A DNA stretch of 64,000 nt from a virus, in IMG/VR virus record IMGVR_UViG_3300027566_000006, positions 1 through 64,000 of that record. The stretch is one strand, 5' to 3'. How positions within the stretch are numbered: the stretch's first letter is position 1; the number at the start of each line of letters is the position of its first letter. This document shows, in pieces, positions 1 through 14,492 of the stretch. Position numbers and translations under genes: made by a program. Under the pieces are notes generated by a model. The model was not told the DNA's origin. It did not search any database and was given only the letters and a program-made list of their open reading frames with translations.

Positions 1-849
1 AACTTGATACATAAAATTACCTCCTCTCTAAATCTTATAAACCCCAATCTTTAGGCATCTATTTTTTAACCAAATGCGCCTTTGCTCATGATTTTAATAT
101 TAACAAAAACACCAAATTGCTTTATCACATTTATTACAGACAATACCGACTACATCATGCATTTCCCACAAATTAAATTTAGAATGATCTATTGTCGCAT
201 ATTGCCCTTCATCTTCAGTAATATTAGCTTCTAACCCTGTTTCTTCATCAATAGTATTAAACTCCATTTCATTACCACAGTCACATGTAATTTTTATAAT
301 ACTCACTCTCCTTCCTATCTTAATACCACAGGTGTCTTACCCTCATCAATTTCTTGAATCCCTTTCAACTTACCTAAATAATAAGCAAGCGTAATCATTC
401 TCATTATCCTACTACTTTTAGTTTGATGTGATAATTTATCTAAGTAGGGGTTACTCAGTTCTTCTTCTGTAAAACTGTATCTATCTTCTTTTGCGTGTTT
501 TAATGTTCTGTCGTAATGTCGTTTTAGTTTTTCATCGTTCCAGTTATGCAAAAGATCACCTCTTTAATTTTCAATTGGGTTTAACGCTTTAATAACTTTA
601 TTATGTAATTTCTTTGTCATTGCAGATGTTTGAGATTCTGTTGCTACATGAAACATGCACATATTTATTGATTCTCTAATTTTCTCAAACTTTTCAGCTT
701 CTTTACCAAGAGTATAACCTTGTTTATTTGCTTGTTCTTCTAAAGAATCGCCCATAACACCATAACTAAATCCTACATTATTACTCATACAATTTATCTT
801 CCTTATTATTTTATATTTTTGAATGAAATACAGTATTGAATTTAACTAT

Positions 850-1242
850 TTAATCAATAGTCTTAATATCAACAGGAATCCACATTTTAGGATTATAATT
901 CAATGTATATTGATAATTGCTGACATTTTTATACTGCTTTTGCTCAACAACATAGGTAACATTGTCACTAAGACCTATAAAATGTTTTTGGTAAAGTCCA
1001 TTTGCATCTTCTACAGTAACTTCAAGTTGATGGTCTGTGTTGTCTGAGTAAATAGACATCTTTCCTGTCATTTGAAAAAGCACATCTCCTTGGATACAAT
1101 TAATTACTGTTAATTGGCGAACAACATTAAAATTATCAGCTTCTTTAGAAAGGTTAGATGATACTCTTTCTGCTTGTGTGCAACCAGCTAGAGATGTTAA
1201 TAAAACAATACATATAATTAATAGAGATATTTTTTTCTTCAT
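850..1242 (-). CDS. Phage lipoprotein
   Basis: Signal peptide with lipobox LAG-C. Confidence 0.7.
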   Translation of the reverse strand: MKKKISLLIICIVLLTSLAGCTQAERVSSNLSKEADNFNVVRQLTVINCIQGDVLFQMTGKMSIYSDNTDHQLEVTVEDANGLYQKHFIGLSDNVTYVVEQKQYKNVSNYQYTLNYNPKMWIPVDIKTID

Positions 1243-1262
1243 TAATAATTTCCTTCTTTCAT

Positions 1263-1760
1263 TTATATATTTTTATTTCTCTCTTCCATACACTCATTAA
1301 CCACATTTGCTACCGCTATCGCCATCTTCCCTTTAAATATAGCATCTTGCTTCAATTCATTGCTTACCTTATCAAATAATCCACCATTATTACTAATAAG
1401 TGTTCTGGCAATTTTATGTGAAAATCCTTCTCTTATTGCTAACTTAAATTCATCTTTAGAAATTGCTTCATCAAAACTATCTGCAATGATTTTTCTTAAC
1501 TCAGTTGATCTACTTTCAACTACATTGTTAACAAGTTTGGTCAATGGACTGCTATACCCACTTAGACAATCTTGAATTGCTTTTTGCATTGATGCCTGTA
1601 GAACCTGAAGAATATCTCTTTCTAAATAAATTGGTTCATGTTTTTTATCAACTTTTTCATTAACTGATTTAATTTCTTCTATCAGTTTTTTATTTTCTTG
1701 CTGAGTTTTTATAATTAAATTATATAATTCATCTAATGTTTTTTGTTCTTTACTATTCAT
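1263..1760 (-). CDS. Hypothetical helical phage protein
   Basis: 165-aa ORF with RBS. Confidence 0.6.
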   Translation of the reverse strand: MNSKEQKTLDELYNLIIKTQQENKKLIEEIKSVNEKVDKKHEPIYLERDILQVLQASMQKAIQDCLSGYSSPLTKLVNNVVESRSTELRKIIADSFDEAISKDEFKLAIREGFSHKIARTLISNNGGLFDKVSNELKQDAIFKGKMAIAVANVVNECMEERNKNI

Positions 1761-4700
1761 ATTTTACTCCTTTATATTTTTATATTTTAATCAAACACAA
1801 TTTTCATGATGATTTTTAAAACGGAAATGCATTATGATGTATCCCATATTCATCAATCAAATTCATAAATGCTTCTGCATCATAAGCCATTGATTGATAT
1901 AAGATTTCTCTTTGTTTATTTTCCGCTATCATAGAATTCATTGCTATTTCTGCTTGTAATAACTGCATCTTAAAATATAAGAGTTGTTGTAATTTATATG
2001 TATCGTCTGTCATATTATCTACCTTTCTTCTACAACATTATATTTATCTTTTATTCTTCTATATTCAAACAATCCGACATCTGCCAATGGAGTATTACAT
2101 TCCTTACAATAAATCCAATAACAAGTACGATCATAATCCATATAACTTACTGAATAGCTTTCTTTATGTTCACATTTAATAAATTTTAATCCAGCTCCAC
2201 ACTTAGAACAATAATTATCTCCATGCACTACTTCTTTTCCACATTCACAATAATATCTTCCATATGATAATTTTGCTGTTTTAGTTTGACTATGTATTAC
2301 ATTAAATAAATTATTATTTGTTGTTAATTGCTCAATCTTACCTACTTGCATAAGTTACTCCTTTCTTAAAAGTTAACACCAAAGAGAAATTTGGAAGCAA
2401 TATTTTAACACCAAGTATCATGATCATCACATGACCAATCATTATATTCTTGATTCCTATCTCTCTGTTTATTATTTTTTGCCTGTTCATATTTTTCTTT
2501 ATGTAATTTAATAAATTCAATTGCATCTCGTTTTGTTTTACCTTTAAATCCAATTTGATAATATTCATTTAATAAATCTATTGCATACCATTGATTATCA
2601 GTTATCTCGCTCATATATATTCCTTTCTTATTTCATTACTAAACTAACTGTTTATTCATTTTTATTTTAATAGTTTTTCAAAATATTCATTTGTAGTTTC
2701 ATCTTCTCTATTTACTTTGATTATCATGTCAAGATATTCATTACAATCTTTACAAAAATATTTACTAACATCATTTTTAAGGGTCGACAATGCATGAACA
2801 TATCCTAATTTAAATACATTATAAAACTGATCCGATGGATACATTTTATTAAATAATTTACTTATTTCTTGATTAAGTGGATTTGCTTGACGTTTCTTTT
2901 CCATAATTTCTTCAATCATATTTAAGTATTCACTATCCATTATAAACTAGTTCCTCCTTTCAAATAACGTGATAAATCGTAGTTTTCATTTCAATATATT
3001 AACAAAATATGAATACATCATTAAGATCCCAAAAACTAAAACACCTATACAACAAAGCGTATCGAATTTACTAATTGTATCGGTTGGGAAACTAACACAC
3101 TTCATACCACTATAAGGTATGAAATCAGGATGTTGAGCATTAATTTCACATCTATCTAAATATGCTTTATAACTCCAATAAGGATAAGTTTTTATAGCAC
3201 AAGCAAAAAATAAGACGGTAAATATTGTTTTCATAACTTTATAATCTCCTTTCTAAATGAATTGTTAAATTGATCCTAAGTCTTTTTTAATCTGATCTGC
3301 GATAATTTGATCTTCAAGATAAAATAAATCTGTACTTTTCCAACCAGATTTTGTGGCTATTTTAAAAAGCAATTGACATAATCTTAGATCAGGTTGTTTG
3401 CACCACAATTCTTTTAAATTATTAAGCATCGGTTCAATTCTATTTTTGTCTCTCATGTTATTTTTACCTCATATTTATTTTATACTTTTAATGCAATTAA
3501 GTCAATAGGTTTTATTTCATGTTAAAAGGTTTATTTTGAAATGAATTACCATTTTAATTTTTGTCCGCACTTAAAACAAAAACTTATTTTTCCTATACCA
3601 TGAATATCAGTTTTACAAACAGGACAATGCGCTTTACCATAATCAAATATATCAATGTTTATAGGTGTTTGTTTTTCAAGTGATTCTATTGCCTTTTCAA
3701 ATACTTCGTTTAATGCTCCCCATGAACTTTCTGCATAACTTTTCAATTCCTCAATTGCTTCTTTTGAGTCCATAAAATATCTCCTCTCTAATAATGTGAT
3801 CAATCGATTCTTTGGTTTAAAGTTAAAGCCCTATATAATGGGTTTCTTCATATTGGCTTTAACATTCATCTTCCATAATATAACGATGATCTGGATTATT
3901 TCTATCTAACAAAACTTTCCCGTTTTCAACTTTAGGTTTAATTATTATATCTTCATTCAAATAAGTTTTAATTACTTCATTAAGTTCTTCTTGGTTAAAT
4001 TCAAAATCATCATAATATAAAGGTAATTTGCTTCTTTTGCCTCTAATAAATGTTTCATCTATTCTTGATATAAAATCATTCCCATTACATTGTTCACATG
4101 GATATATGTAATAATGTTCGATTTTAGGGTTATTGCTTCTATGAATAACTCTGACGTTATGCTTTAAACATATATGATCTAACCCCTTATCTATTTGTTG
4201 TTTTTCAGTTATATTTATTAGTTTACAATCATTGCAATTTGTCAAGTAATTACCTCCTAAATCATGGCCAATGTTATCTTTGGAAGCGATTTTAATATAT
4301 TGGACTAAAAGACATTGCTTCAATTAAATATCCTTCAAATTCCTCAATAATTTCATCAATATTTAAAATCGAACCGTTTTGTAAATACATTTTTGTTTCT
4401 ATTTCATTATCTTTTAAATTATGAAATTCATTTAATAGTATTTTTATACTATTAATATAACTATCTATAGATCCTTGTGAAACTTTCATAATTATCTCCT
4501 TTCTAAAGGTTAACTGCAAATCACCCATTTATAATAATATTTTATAACGATTAATTAGTTCTTGTCGGACATCCCACATTTTATTGCAAGTCTCACACCA
4601 AGTAATTACTTTACGTTTTGCTCTGTATGAAGAATGAGTTTTACAACCATTAGCTAAAATTATAAGTGATTCTATAATTTCTTTATTTTGCACATATTCA

Positions 4701-7700
4701 TCTATGCGTGTTTGAATTTCATCTTCTGTTGCGTTATCTGAAACTTCTATTTCTTCATAATTATCTCTATTATTTGTATCCCAATAATATTTAATATACA
4801 TTATCTACTCCTTTCATTACCAAATCGCAGTTTTGTGTTGTTTTTAGACTTTAAGAATCCCATTATATCGGGTTTTAAAATTCACTCGATATATTTTCAA
4901 TCCAACATTTATAGCAAATTTTCATATCTTTTAAGTTCTTAGGGAAAGGAAATATGCGACCTTTATGATAAACATCTCTTGTTGAATTTCCACATAAATC
5001 ACATTTTACGTATTCTATTTTACTAGCACTGAACGATGGTTCAAATTCAACATAAACTTCAAATTCTTTTTCACATTTTTCACATTCCCAATCTAATTTA
5101 TTATCGTCACTTAAACCATCATATAATGCATCTGACATATCATTTTCTTTACCACAATACGGGCAATCAACAGTATTCATATATTTTCTCCTTTCATATT
5201 AATACCAAATTGGACTTTTATTCACTTAATGGTTCACCAAAAGCTTTATTTAATTCTTCTTCATTAATTGTCTGATCATCATTTACAAAAGTACAATCTA
5301 AAACCGTATGAAAATACTCATCACCTGTAACTCCACAGCCATTCCATTGATAACCTGATTTATAAAAATCACAATCATAACATTTCATATCTCTTATTCC
5401 TTCCATTTTTATATTAATTTTTTAGAAACATTATTATATTGGCATTTCTATACCCCTACCACTAATATAATAGTAATTTCTTATACCATATGGGGGTATA
5501 CGTTAATTGAATATTTCGGTTATTTGCGGATATTGCAAATCGCCGTAGTTTTTAGCAGCATTTTTATTTTTCTATTTCAATTAGATTATTAATAGAATCA
5601 CAACTATCTATAATATGTTGAATATAAATATCTGTATTTTCCTTTATATTTTGATTCAAATTCTGATACTCTAAAAATCCTTTAAAACTTTCTGCTTCAT
5701 TCTTAATCCACTTTATTTCATCATATATTTTTTGAATTGTATAATTATTTGTAATTACTACTTGTTCCATATAATATCCCTCTTTCCTAATTACAAAATC
5801 CATCAACCAAACATTTAAAAGTAGCATATAACTCTTCCAAACTTTCAAAATCAGTATTAATATTATTTCCGTTAGCAAAAATATCATATATATTTGCTTC
5901 TATTGTTGTATCGTATCCTTTACTAATCATCCACTCAGTCAATTTATTAAATAGATTTTTAATATATAACTTTTCTCCAACCATTCCATTTCTAAATTCA
6001 TATGCAGTTTCGATGCTAACTGAATATGTTTTATCTTTCTTATTATAAGTTATATCAATATTATTCAGAGTATACAGACTTGCTTCACTACTATTGCTTC
6101 GATCATCACTAGATTTAATTCCCCAAATAAATTCATATGTATCTTCATATTCTTGGTTACTTTTATTAATCTGATTTTGATACCATAATTTCTTTAATTT
6201 TTGTAACATAAATAGTCCTTTCTTTTTCTATGTATTATTTGTTTGCTTCGTATCTTTTATGATTAATTGTCTTAAATGCCAACCTAGTAAAATACCCAAC
6301 ATTAAGATACAACTAAATTCTAACCACCACATTTCATGCATGTTTATCACCTCACTATATAATGCGTATTATGGTATTGTGGAATAGGGGTTAAGCGTAA
6401 ATTTAGATAGAATAAATCATTATCTAATCAAACTTTGGTTATGAATTTACATCTCCGTATTTATTATTTTTAGATAAAATACGTCTATATTTACTTTTAA
6501 TATGATCCTCTAATTCTTGTCCTAAAGTCTTAATTATGCCATCCATTAAGTCATCTACTGCTTCTTTTGCTTTTGATTTTAAAGCGTTTGTTACTTCAAA
6601 AGTTTGCGAATATTCTCTAGCGAATTCTAATGCTTCTGCTCTTAATAAATCTTTAATTGTACTATCAATCCAGAGTCCTTTAATTTCCTTCATAACTGCT
6701 TCACTTAATACTTGTTTTTTTAAATCATCACCCATTGCTCCAATAAATTCTTGAGCCATCTTTTGTTTAACAATTTCTAAAATATCCGTATTTTCCATTA
6801 TAATATTCCTTCTTTCTTATATTTTTTTATTTTAATATTGTATCCAAAGGTAAGATTGATGTTGTTTTTATAATATTAAGCATGGATATCCATTAGGATG
6901 AGATTCTTCTGCCTCAATATGAATAATCCACTCATTACCACTAATGCCTGGAAGTCTTTGTCCTTCTTTCATTTGTTTTACTTCTTCAATTATTTCAAAC
7001 ATCCAAAGTTTATCTGTTTCGTAGAAATCTTCTGTATAATATTTACCACTTTCTTTGAAATATGTAAGTTTTATTTTATACACACTTTTCTCCTTTCTAA
7101 GTTGTTACCAATTTCGTATTTGATGCAAAAATGGATGCCTATATATTGGGATTTATGGCATACCTATTTTGAATTTTTTAATATAAATCCTTAGATAAGG
7201 TTTTTAATAATTCTTTTACTTCGTCAATTTCTGATAATCCTTGAATCGAATCTAGTATATCTTTTATTTCATTAACTCTTGTTTCTATATTATCTAATAC
7301 ACCATTCATATCAACACTTAATACATAAGTAGAAATATTATTATTCTTATCAAGCTCATCACTAAAATATGTATTATTATTTAATTTATCTCTATACACT
7401 CAATCTTTCTCCTTTCCAAATAAAATCAGATATTTATATTATTTTTAGTTCACTTAATTTCTTCTCTATAGCAATGCTTAGTTCGGTTCTACAGTTTAAA
7501 CAAGTATCATCAAATCCATATTCTTCAGAATGATCTCCTGGTAATGTAGGAATTTTAACATAAAGGGAACTCCGTGTTTTAAATCCAGCGTCATCCTCTC
7601 CAAATTCTTGACCACATATATCACATTTCCATCTATATATTGTTGCCATTAACAATCTCCTTTCCACTCATAATAAATTTAGGCTTTTATAATGATTTAT

Positions 7701-8213
7701 ATCCCATAGGTTTTAAGTCTTCAATTATTTCTTCATAATAACTTTTATCTTTTTCATATTCGTTTTTAATCTGATTTATTTTATCTTTGTATTTGATTAC
7801 TCTTTCATCTTCTTCCCATGAAATAGGTTGCCAATTTCCTGATGCAGTATAACCAGTAAAACTAACTTCCCCTTCGCCACTTATATATGACCTTCTTAAA
7901 TAACCCTGACCATTAAACCACATATAATAAGCAACTCCATTACTTATTTCTCTAACTTTTTTATCTGGATTTTCTATTAACCATCCAACCGCTTCTAATA
8001 CATTCATTAATTTTATCCTCCTTTTTTATTTTTACGGCTCCCAAACAAACGGTATATAATCATCTGGTTTAAGCACAGGCCATGTACTACTATCATTTCT
8101 CATTTGACTCTGTAAAAACTTTTCAATCTTTTTACCCCAGTATTCATCCACACTATCACAAATTACATATTCACTATAATCATCTCGATCAAAATTACTC
8201 GTAGCTATTATTT

Positions 8214-8594
8214 TCATATTCTCACCTCACTTTTATTTCTCTTTTCACATTCATCCATAGCTTCTTTTAATGTTTTAAAACAATTTTCTTCTTTAAAATA
8301 ATTCCCCGATTCACCCCAAGGAAAATAATTTATTTCCATACCTTTTTTAGTAATTTCAATGTCTATTCTTCTAACTTTACCTGTAGCATAATCATTTTGT
8401 GCTACCCTCCAACATTCAGGTTCATATTTAACTTTATAACCATCACCATAACATTCAGGGCATTCATATTCATTATTATTAAGACTTATTTGTTTCTTCC
8501 CATTACAAACCAGACAAATTTCATGAATTGCATTTGTATTTTGCCAAATTACAAATACTCTTTCACCTATTGCTAATTTTGTTTTTATATCCAT
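8214..8594 (-). CDS. Zinc-finger protein with DnaJ-like CxxCxG repeats
   Basis: CLVCNG and CPECYG motifs; N-terminus resembles ORF 9221..9481. Confidence 0.55.
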   Translation of the reverse strand: MDIKTKLAIGERVFVIWQNTNAIHEICLVCNGKKQISLNNNEYECPECYGDGYKVKYEPECWRVAQNDYATGKVRRIDIEITKKGMEINYFPWGESGNYFKEENCFKTLKEAMDECEKRNKSEVRI

Positions 8595-10331
8595 ATTAAA
8601 CTCCTTTCTCTAAATTTGATCCAATCAACTCTTTCATGCAAACCTATTCCCTGCATCAATCTTAGGTGGTTTTGATAAGTCACCATAAACAATATCGTCC
8701 TTTATTGTCTCTCTACAATTACCGCATATATGAACATCATTCCCACTTTCTATTTCTTCAAGTACACTTAGTCTTGAATTCATACTTTCGCACCATTGGC
8801 ATTTTAATTTCTTTGGTATACATTCTCTTATACAACCAGTTCTTTCCCTACAACTTCTATTATCAAATGCTGTCATAGGAGATGGAGTACAACCTGGAAC
8901 TACCAATGATCCTTTAGATTTATATTGCATATTTACTCCTTTCATTATCGAACAGTTCTTCTATTCTGACTTTACAAACCTCATCCACTTAATACTATCT
9001 TTATGATAATATTCGGATACTCCATCGTTCTCAATGTAATAACCTATTAAATTACATACCTCATCCATCACTGGTTCGATAAAATCAACTAATGTCCCTT
9101 CATGTTCAAAATCAAAACAAATTAATATATTCTCGTAGTTCATTTCATCAAACATTTCTTTAATTTTCATATTTACTCCTTTCTTTAACTCTGAACCTAT
9201 CCAACATTTCCTAATAATTTTTAATCATTTAAATGTAATTCTGCTTCATATTTTGTCACATAAAGTTTCTCCGCAAAAAGATAACGTGGATTATTCAAAT
9301 TATAACTTTCAGAATTTTTACTTATAAAAATTTCCTTTACTAAACCCCTATGTACTTTCTTTATCTCTTTATTTGGCAACCTGCTATTACAACAGGAACA
9401 AATCTCACCATATTCTGTTTCTTCCTCTATAAACCACGCAGTATCTCCAATATTAAATTTTGTTTTGTATCCTTCATTCATTATTATTTAATCCTCCCAT
9501 TCATCATCTTCATCATATTCATCTTTATATATTTCCTGTTTACTCAATTCAATCAACTGATCTAACAACAATCGTGTCAATCTCTTGTTAAAAATGTATT
9601 CATTGTATGCTCCACAACCATAATCAACATGTAATTGAAAACGATTTCCCTGTGATTGTTTTACCTTCTCAATAATATTAAACAGTCCACTACCCTTTAA
9701 ATCCGAGAACCAAACCCCTCTACCATACTGACCAGCAATAATAGAATATGTATAGAGTTTCTTAACTCCTCCGTCATGGATATCTTGACCATGTACGCTA
9801 ACTCTACCAAACCAATAATTAATAAACCGTTCCTTAAAGTTATTAAAGATGTATTGGATAACTTCTACTCTATCTTTCCAACTGGCTTTTAGAAATGCTT
9901 TGATTACTTTAAATACCATATTATCTCCTTTCATATTTATATTATTATTTTAATACCATACGGAATAAATTGCAACCATTATTTATTAATTAACTGCATA
10001 ATTGCTTTATATGTATTAGATCCATTAGTAGTGCTATCAACACTAAACGCTCCGTATTTCTTTTGATTATATCCGCTTTTCATTTCTTTAATTAACTCTT
10101 TAAAATTACCCATTCCATAAAACAGCAAATAAAATGGAAACAAAATAGTTGCTAATATTTTAGTTGGTAGATTTATAAACTTATGAATTAATATTTCATT
10201 TCCATTATAATAATACTCATATTTATCACACCATCTCATCTGCCTATATTTAAATAATTTATTATGTTGTTTCTTAGTTAATTTGAATTGTTTATATCCT
10301 TTGTCTAAGGGGTTGGTGTAAATGTAATTAC

Positions 10332-11099
10332 TCATGCTATCTCCTCTCGTATTTTTACCGCCTTCTTTTTATATTTTCTTTTTAGTTTATTTTCTTCTAA
10401 ATATTTTTTATAATCTTGTTCTATCCATTTATATATTTTTTCTAAAACTTCTTCGCTGTGACTAGAAAAATCATTTTTATAATACCAATCTTCCAGTTTA
10501 GAAGCTCTTTTACTACTATTACAATCCTTACATGACGGTACACAATTATCTAATCCATTACTACCTTCATGATCTACATGTTCTCTATGTAAAGTTTCAT
10601 TATATTTAATTAAATGTTCTTCTAATGTCGTTCCACAATAAGCACAAGAATAATTAAAGTATTTTAAACAGGTTTGCCATTCATTATCAGATATTTTATG
10701 AGTCTTATGTAAACTTCTGTAATTATTATATTCTTTTAACTTATCACGATTATTTGCTTCCCATTCCCTTCTCCCACCATTTTCTTTATATTTAGTATTA
10801 CTATTTCTAAGTCTTTCTCTTCTTCCTTCTTTTGTTTCTTTTAGTTTTTTGTCTGCTATTGCGACACGATCCCTATGGCTACGTCTCCAAGCTAAACTTT
10901 TTTCTAAACTACATTTTTTACATTCAGGATATAAACCATCACTTTTATTTTTCTTATTTTTGTAAAAATATTCTTCTGTACAAGGGAACCAAAAATTCTC
11001 TTCTGGAAATATTTTATGATGATAAGCACATTTCTTATGTAATTCTCCATTTATAATTTTATGATAATCTTCATAGGGATATTTATCTTGATTTCTAAT
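10332..11099 (-). CDS. HNH endonuclease (255 aa) with probable ATT start codon; absent from the ORF track
   Basis: Own translation: open 768-nt frame with CAYCG...HREHVDH...NCVPSCKDCNSSK and no Met; AAGGAGG lies 9 nt upstream of ATT; the stop overlaps the next ATG. Confidence 0.85.
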   Translation of the reverse strand: MRNQDKYPYEDYHKIINGELHKKCAYHHKIFPEENFWFPCTEEYFYKNKKNKSDGLYPECKKCSLEKSLAWRRSHRDRVAIADKKLKETKEGRRERLRNSNTKYKENGGRREWEANNRDKLKEYNNYRSLHKTHKISDNEWQTCLKYFNYSCAYCGTTLEEHLIKYNETLHREHVDHEGSNGLDNCVPSCKDCNSSKRASKLEDWYYKNDFSSHSEEVLEKIYKWIEQDYKKYLEENKLKRKYKKKAVKIREEIA

Positions 11100-12529
11100 G
11101 TTTAATTACCTCCTTTAAATATTAACTTCAAACGAATAATTGATTACATTAATCACAATTCCTAGTCTTTTTCTTCTTTTTGCTCATAGTCTGTTTAATC
11201 AATCTAGCAACATGCGTACCTTTATACATATTCATTAATTCAGATTTCTCAGCATCGTCTAATTGCTTACATTCTTCATCAAACCACTCAAGCATCTGGT
11301 TAAGATTATTAAATCCAAGTATTAAATTATTATGTAAATAAATAACATTATCTTTAGGAATCGAAATAGTTTCATTCCCAATACTATTTTCAACGGCATG
11401 TAATATAGGATATACTCTTTCGTTTAATAAATCATCCACTGTTTTGTCTCCACCTATCGGTACAGTATAAGGGTAATCTTCGAATATTTTCTCATCTGCT
11501 TTGAGATAATTTGGAGTGGTAATTGATAATTTTATACCTTCCACTTTTTCAATTTGTTTAATTAATTCTTTTAGGTTATTCACTTTTGACCTCCTCTTAT
11601 GTATTTATTTATTTTTCTATTTTATTATACCCTTAATTCAATTTTAATTTTAATTGTTCGACTTCTAGTATTTCTCTTGTCTTGCAGAGTTCTTCAATTT
11701 CAATTTCTACTTCTTCCAATCTGACGTTAACAATCTTCAACTTTTCTTCTCTAGATAGTTTCTCCCACATTATGTATTACTCTCTCCTTTCTTTATTTTT
11801 ATATTGATAGCAAATCAATATTTGAAGTTAATTTATTATGATAAATTCAAATCCATTCTTCAAGGGAGAAGAATTCATTGTTTTACTATAAATATAATTT
11901 ATTCTTCCTAAATCATCACGAAAAAACATCTTTTCATCGTGAACCTCAAAACAGTAATATTCTCTACCAACCGTTACGCCTTTTTCAGTAGGACTGTTGC
12001 CACTTATACATTTTATTCTTTCCATAATTCTTTCCTTTCGTTACAGAATGATTCTTTGGTATTAATCCTCTTTCCACACATCTCTTGTTCTCAAATACTC
12101 TAGTATATCTTCTGTTGGTATATTGCGAAGAAATGTTTGCCAATATTTATCACCATAATAATATTTAGTGTATTCTTCCATAGTCGTGAATGTTTTATTG
12201 TTTCGTTTCCCTATTATAATTGCTTCTTTATTTTTCATAAATTTTTACTCCTTTTAACACAAATTAAGTAATTGGTATTAATTATAATGTTGATATATGT
12301 TCCCAATTATAAATATGCATATCATGAAACATTTTGATTATAAATTCATATTCTTTGGTTTCTTGAATATATCTTTCTGCCTCTTCTTTCCCATAAATCA
12401 TATAAGGTTTGAACCATAATCTTTCTTTTAATTCTAATGCTCTTTCTGAGTACCGAATTAGAGTTTTATAAATACCTTCTTGATTTTCTTTCAATATATT
12501 ATCACTCATTACAAAACCTCTATTCTATG

Positions 12530-12724
12530 TTAATTAATTTCTTCTATTGAATTAATTTGTGGTTCACCTGCATCTACTGAAACTAGTTTAAGTTCCATCT
12601 CTATATATTTATCAATAGCCTTTTCTGTAGCTTCATCTTCATCTTTTGCATATACGGTTATATTTCTTTCAATATATCTAGTAACATGTGACCCAACATT
12701 AACTTTATACTTCATAATTTTCAA
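12530..12724 (-). CDS. Small hypothetical protein, paralog of 26758..26943
   Basis: 46/61 residues identical from MKYKV onward. Confidence 0.8.
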   Translation of the reverse strand: MKIMKYKVNVGSHVTRYIERNITVYAKDEDEATEKAIDKYIEMELKLVSVDAGEPQINSIEEIN

Positions 12725-13637
12725 TTCTCCTCCTTTTAATCAATTCTACAATTGGTTCACTTTACACGATGTATATTAACATCATAAATATTATTATCAA
12801 TATATTTTATTTTTCTTCCATATTTCATTAAATCATTTTTATCATCATAATTAATATCAGTAATGAACAAGTCAACAAGATTAAGATTAACTATTCTTAC
12901 ATAATATCCAGTATCAAATTTTGCCTTAAACTCATTAACAAAGGATTCATTTTCAATAAGCCAATAATCATTAATAATCTCTCCTGCTTCGTGTGGTTCA
13001 GTTAGTTGAATAACGTCATATGCATCCATGAAAGATTTACTTTCAGGTGGTATTTTAAATTTAAGTATTTCTCCTATCATTTTAATCCTCCTAACTCGTT
13101 ACACAATGTCTTTTGGTCATATAAGTTAATCGTTTAACTACTCTACATTCATTACCATTTATTGTACGTTCTATTTCTCTTAATTCAAATTTATTAATAT
13201 TATTATCTTTGATAAATTGATTAATTTCTTTTTCAAAATAAATAATCTCTATCGTAGTCTTATCTATAATCCAATTATTTAAATCACCAGTAAATATAAA
13301 ATCTTTTATACCCATTTTTCTTCTCCTCTCAAATCATGATCAACTACCGAATTGGTATTAATATTTATTACCATTCTTCTTCATCCGGCTCCACAAAACT
13401 AAATCCCATACTGACAGTGGTTACTTCTGTCACACCGCATTTGGGACATTTAAAAGTTTTATCAACCAAATGCATAAATACCTCTTCGCTATCTGGAGTT
13501 AATTGTTTAACCTTCCGTATAGGTGAAAGAGTTATAAAATTGTCTGCATTGTCTGTATAACCACACAAATCACATTTACAAGTAATTAAAGTCAAATTAT
13601 TTAACCTCCTTAAAGTTTGATCCAAATATAAGTTAGA

Positions 13638-14492
13638 TCACGAAATATTATGTTCTTCTATGTATTTATTTAGTTCCTGCTTTGTTGCTCCAGTTACCAA
13701 TATCTCAAGAAAATTTCTTTTATCATCTATAGACCATAATTCATGTTGTAAATAATAAGTGCCATCTTCTCTATAAACCCTACTTCTTTTAAATCTATAA
13801 GGAGGTTTTTCTTTTATATAATTTTTATACCCTTCTGTAGTCCACCATATAATTTTATCATATCTTTCTTTGGTGAAATTATCTATATACTTTGCTTCTA
13901 ATAATTCATCTAATGTCATTTCATGTTTAACACTATTACAATTCTTACAAGCAGGAACACAATTTCGTAAATCTAAATAACCATCATTATCTACATGCTC
14001 TTTATGAAATTGCTCATGATTTTCTTGATAATTATCTTCATAAGTCCTCCCACAATAAGCGCATTTCCATTCAAACACTTCACAGCAAGATATCCATTCA
14101 GCACTATTAATATCATGTCTTTTATGTCTTTTAGTTTTAGCGTATCCATTCATTTTGTCTTTATTATTTTTTCTATATAATTTACGATTTTCCTTTTGTT
14201 GAATTTGATTTCTTTTCATTGCCGCTTTACCTTTAGGATTTCTAATATATTTTCTTACATTTTCTATAAACCCATCCCAATGATTATTAATATAATTCAA
14301 TGATCTTTTACTTGTACACTTTTTGCATTCTGTTTGAAAACCTTTTTCTGGTTTACTTTTATTTTTCATGTAAAAATATTCTACGGTTTCAGGAAACCAT
14401 TCTTGACACATTGTACATCTACGTTCTTTTATTTCATTAACTTCTCTAATATTTTTAAAAAATTTAGGATTTGTTTTTGTATATTTACCCAA
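13638..14492 (-). CDS. HNH endonuclease
   Basis: CAYCG...HKEHVD...NCVPACKNCNSVK plus N-terminal zinc ribbon; same family as 10332..11099. Confidence 0.85.
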   Translation of the reverse strand: MGKYTKTNPKFFKNIREVNEIKERRCTMCQEWFPETVEYFYMKNKSKPEKGFQTECKKCTSKRSLNYINNHWDGFIENVRKYIRNPKGKAAMKRNQIQQKENRKLYRKNNKDKMNGYAKTKRHKRHDINSAEWISCCEVFEWKCAYCGRTYEDNYQENHEQFHKEHVDNDGYLDLRNCVPACKNCNSVKHEMTLDELLEAKYIDNFTKERYDKIIWWTTEGYKNYIKEKPPYRFKRSRVYREDGTYYLQHELWSIDDKRNFLEILVTGATKQELNKYIEEHNIS

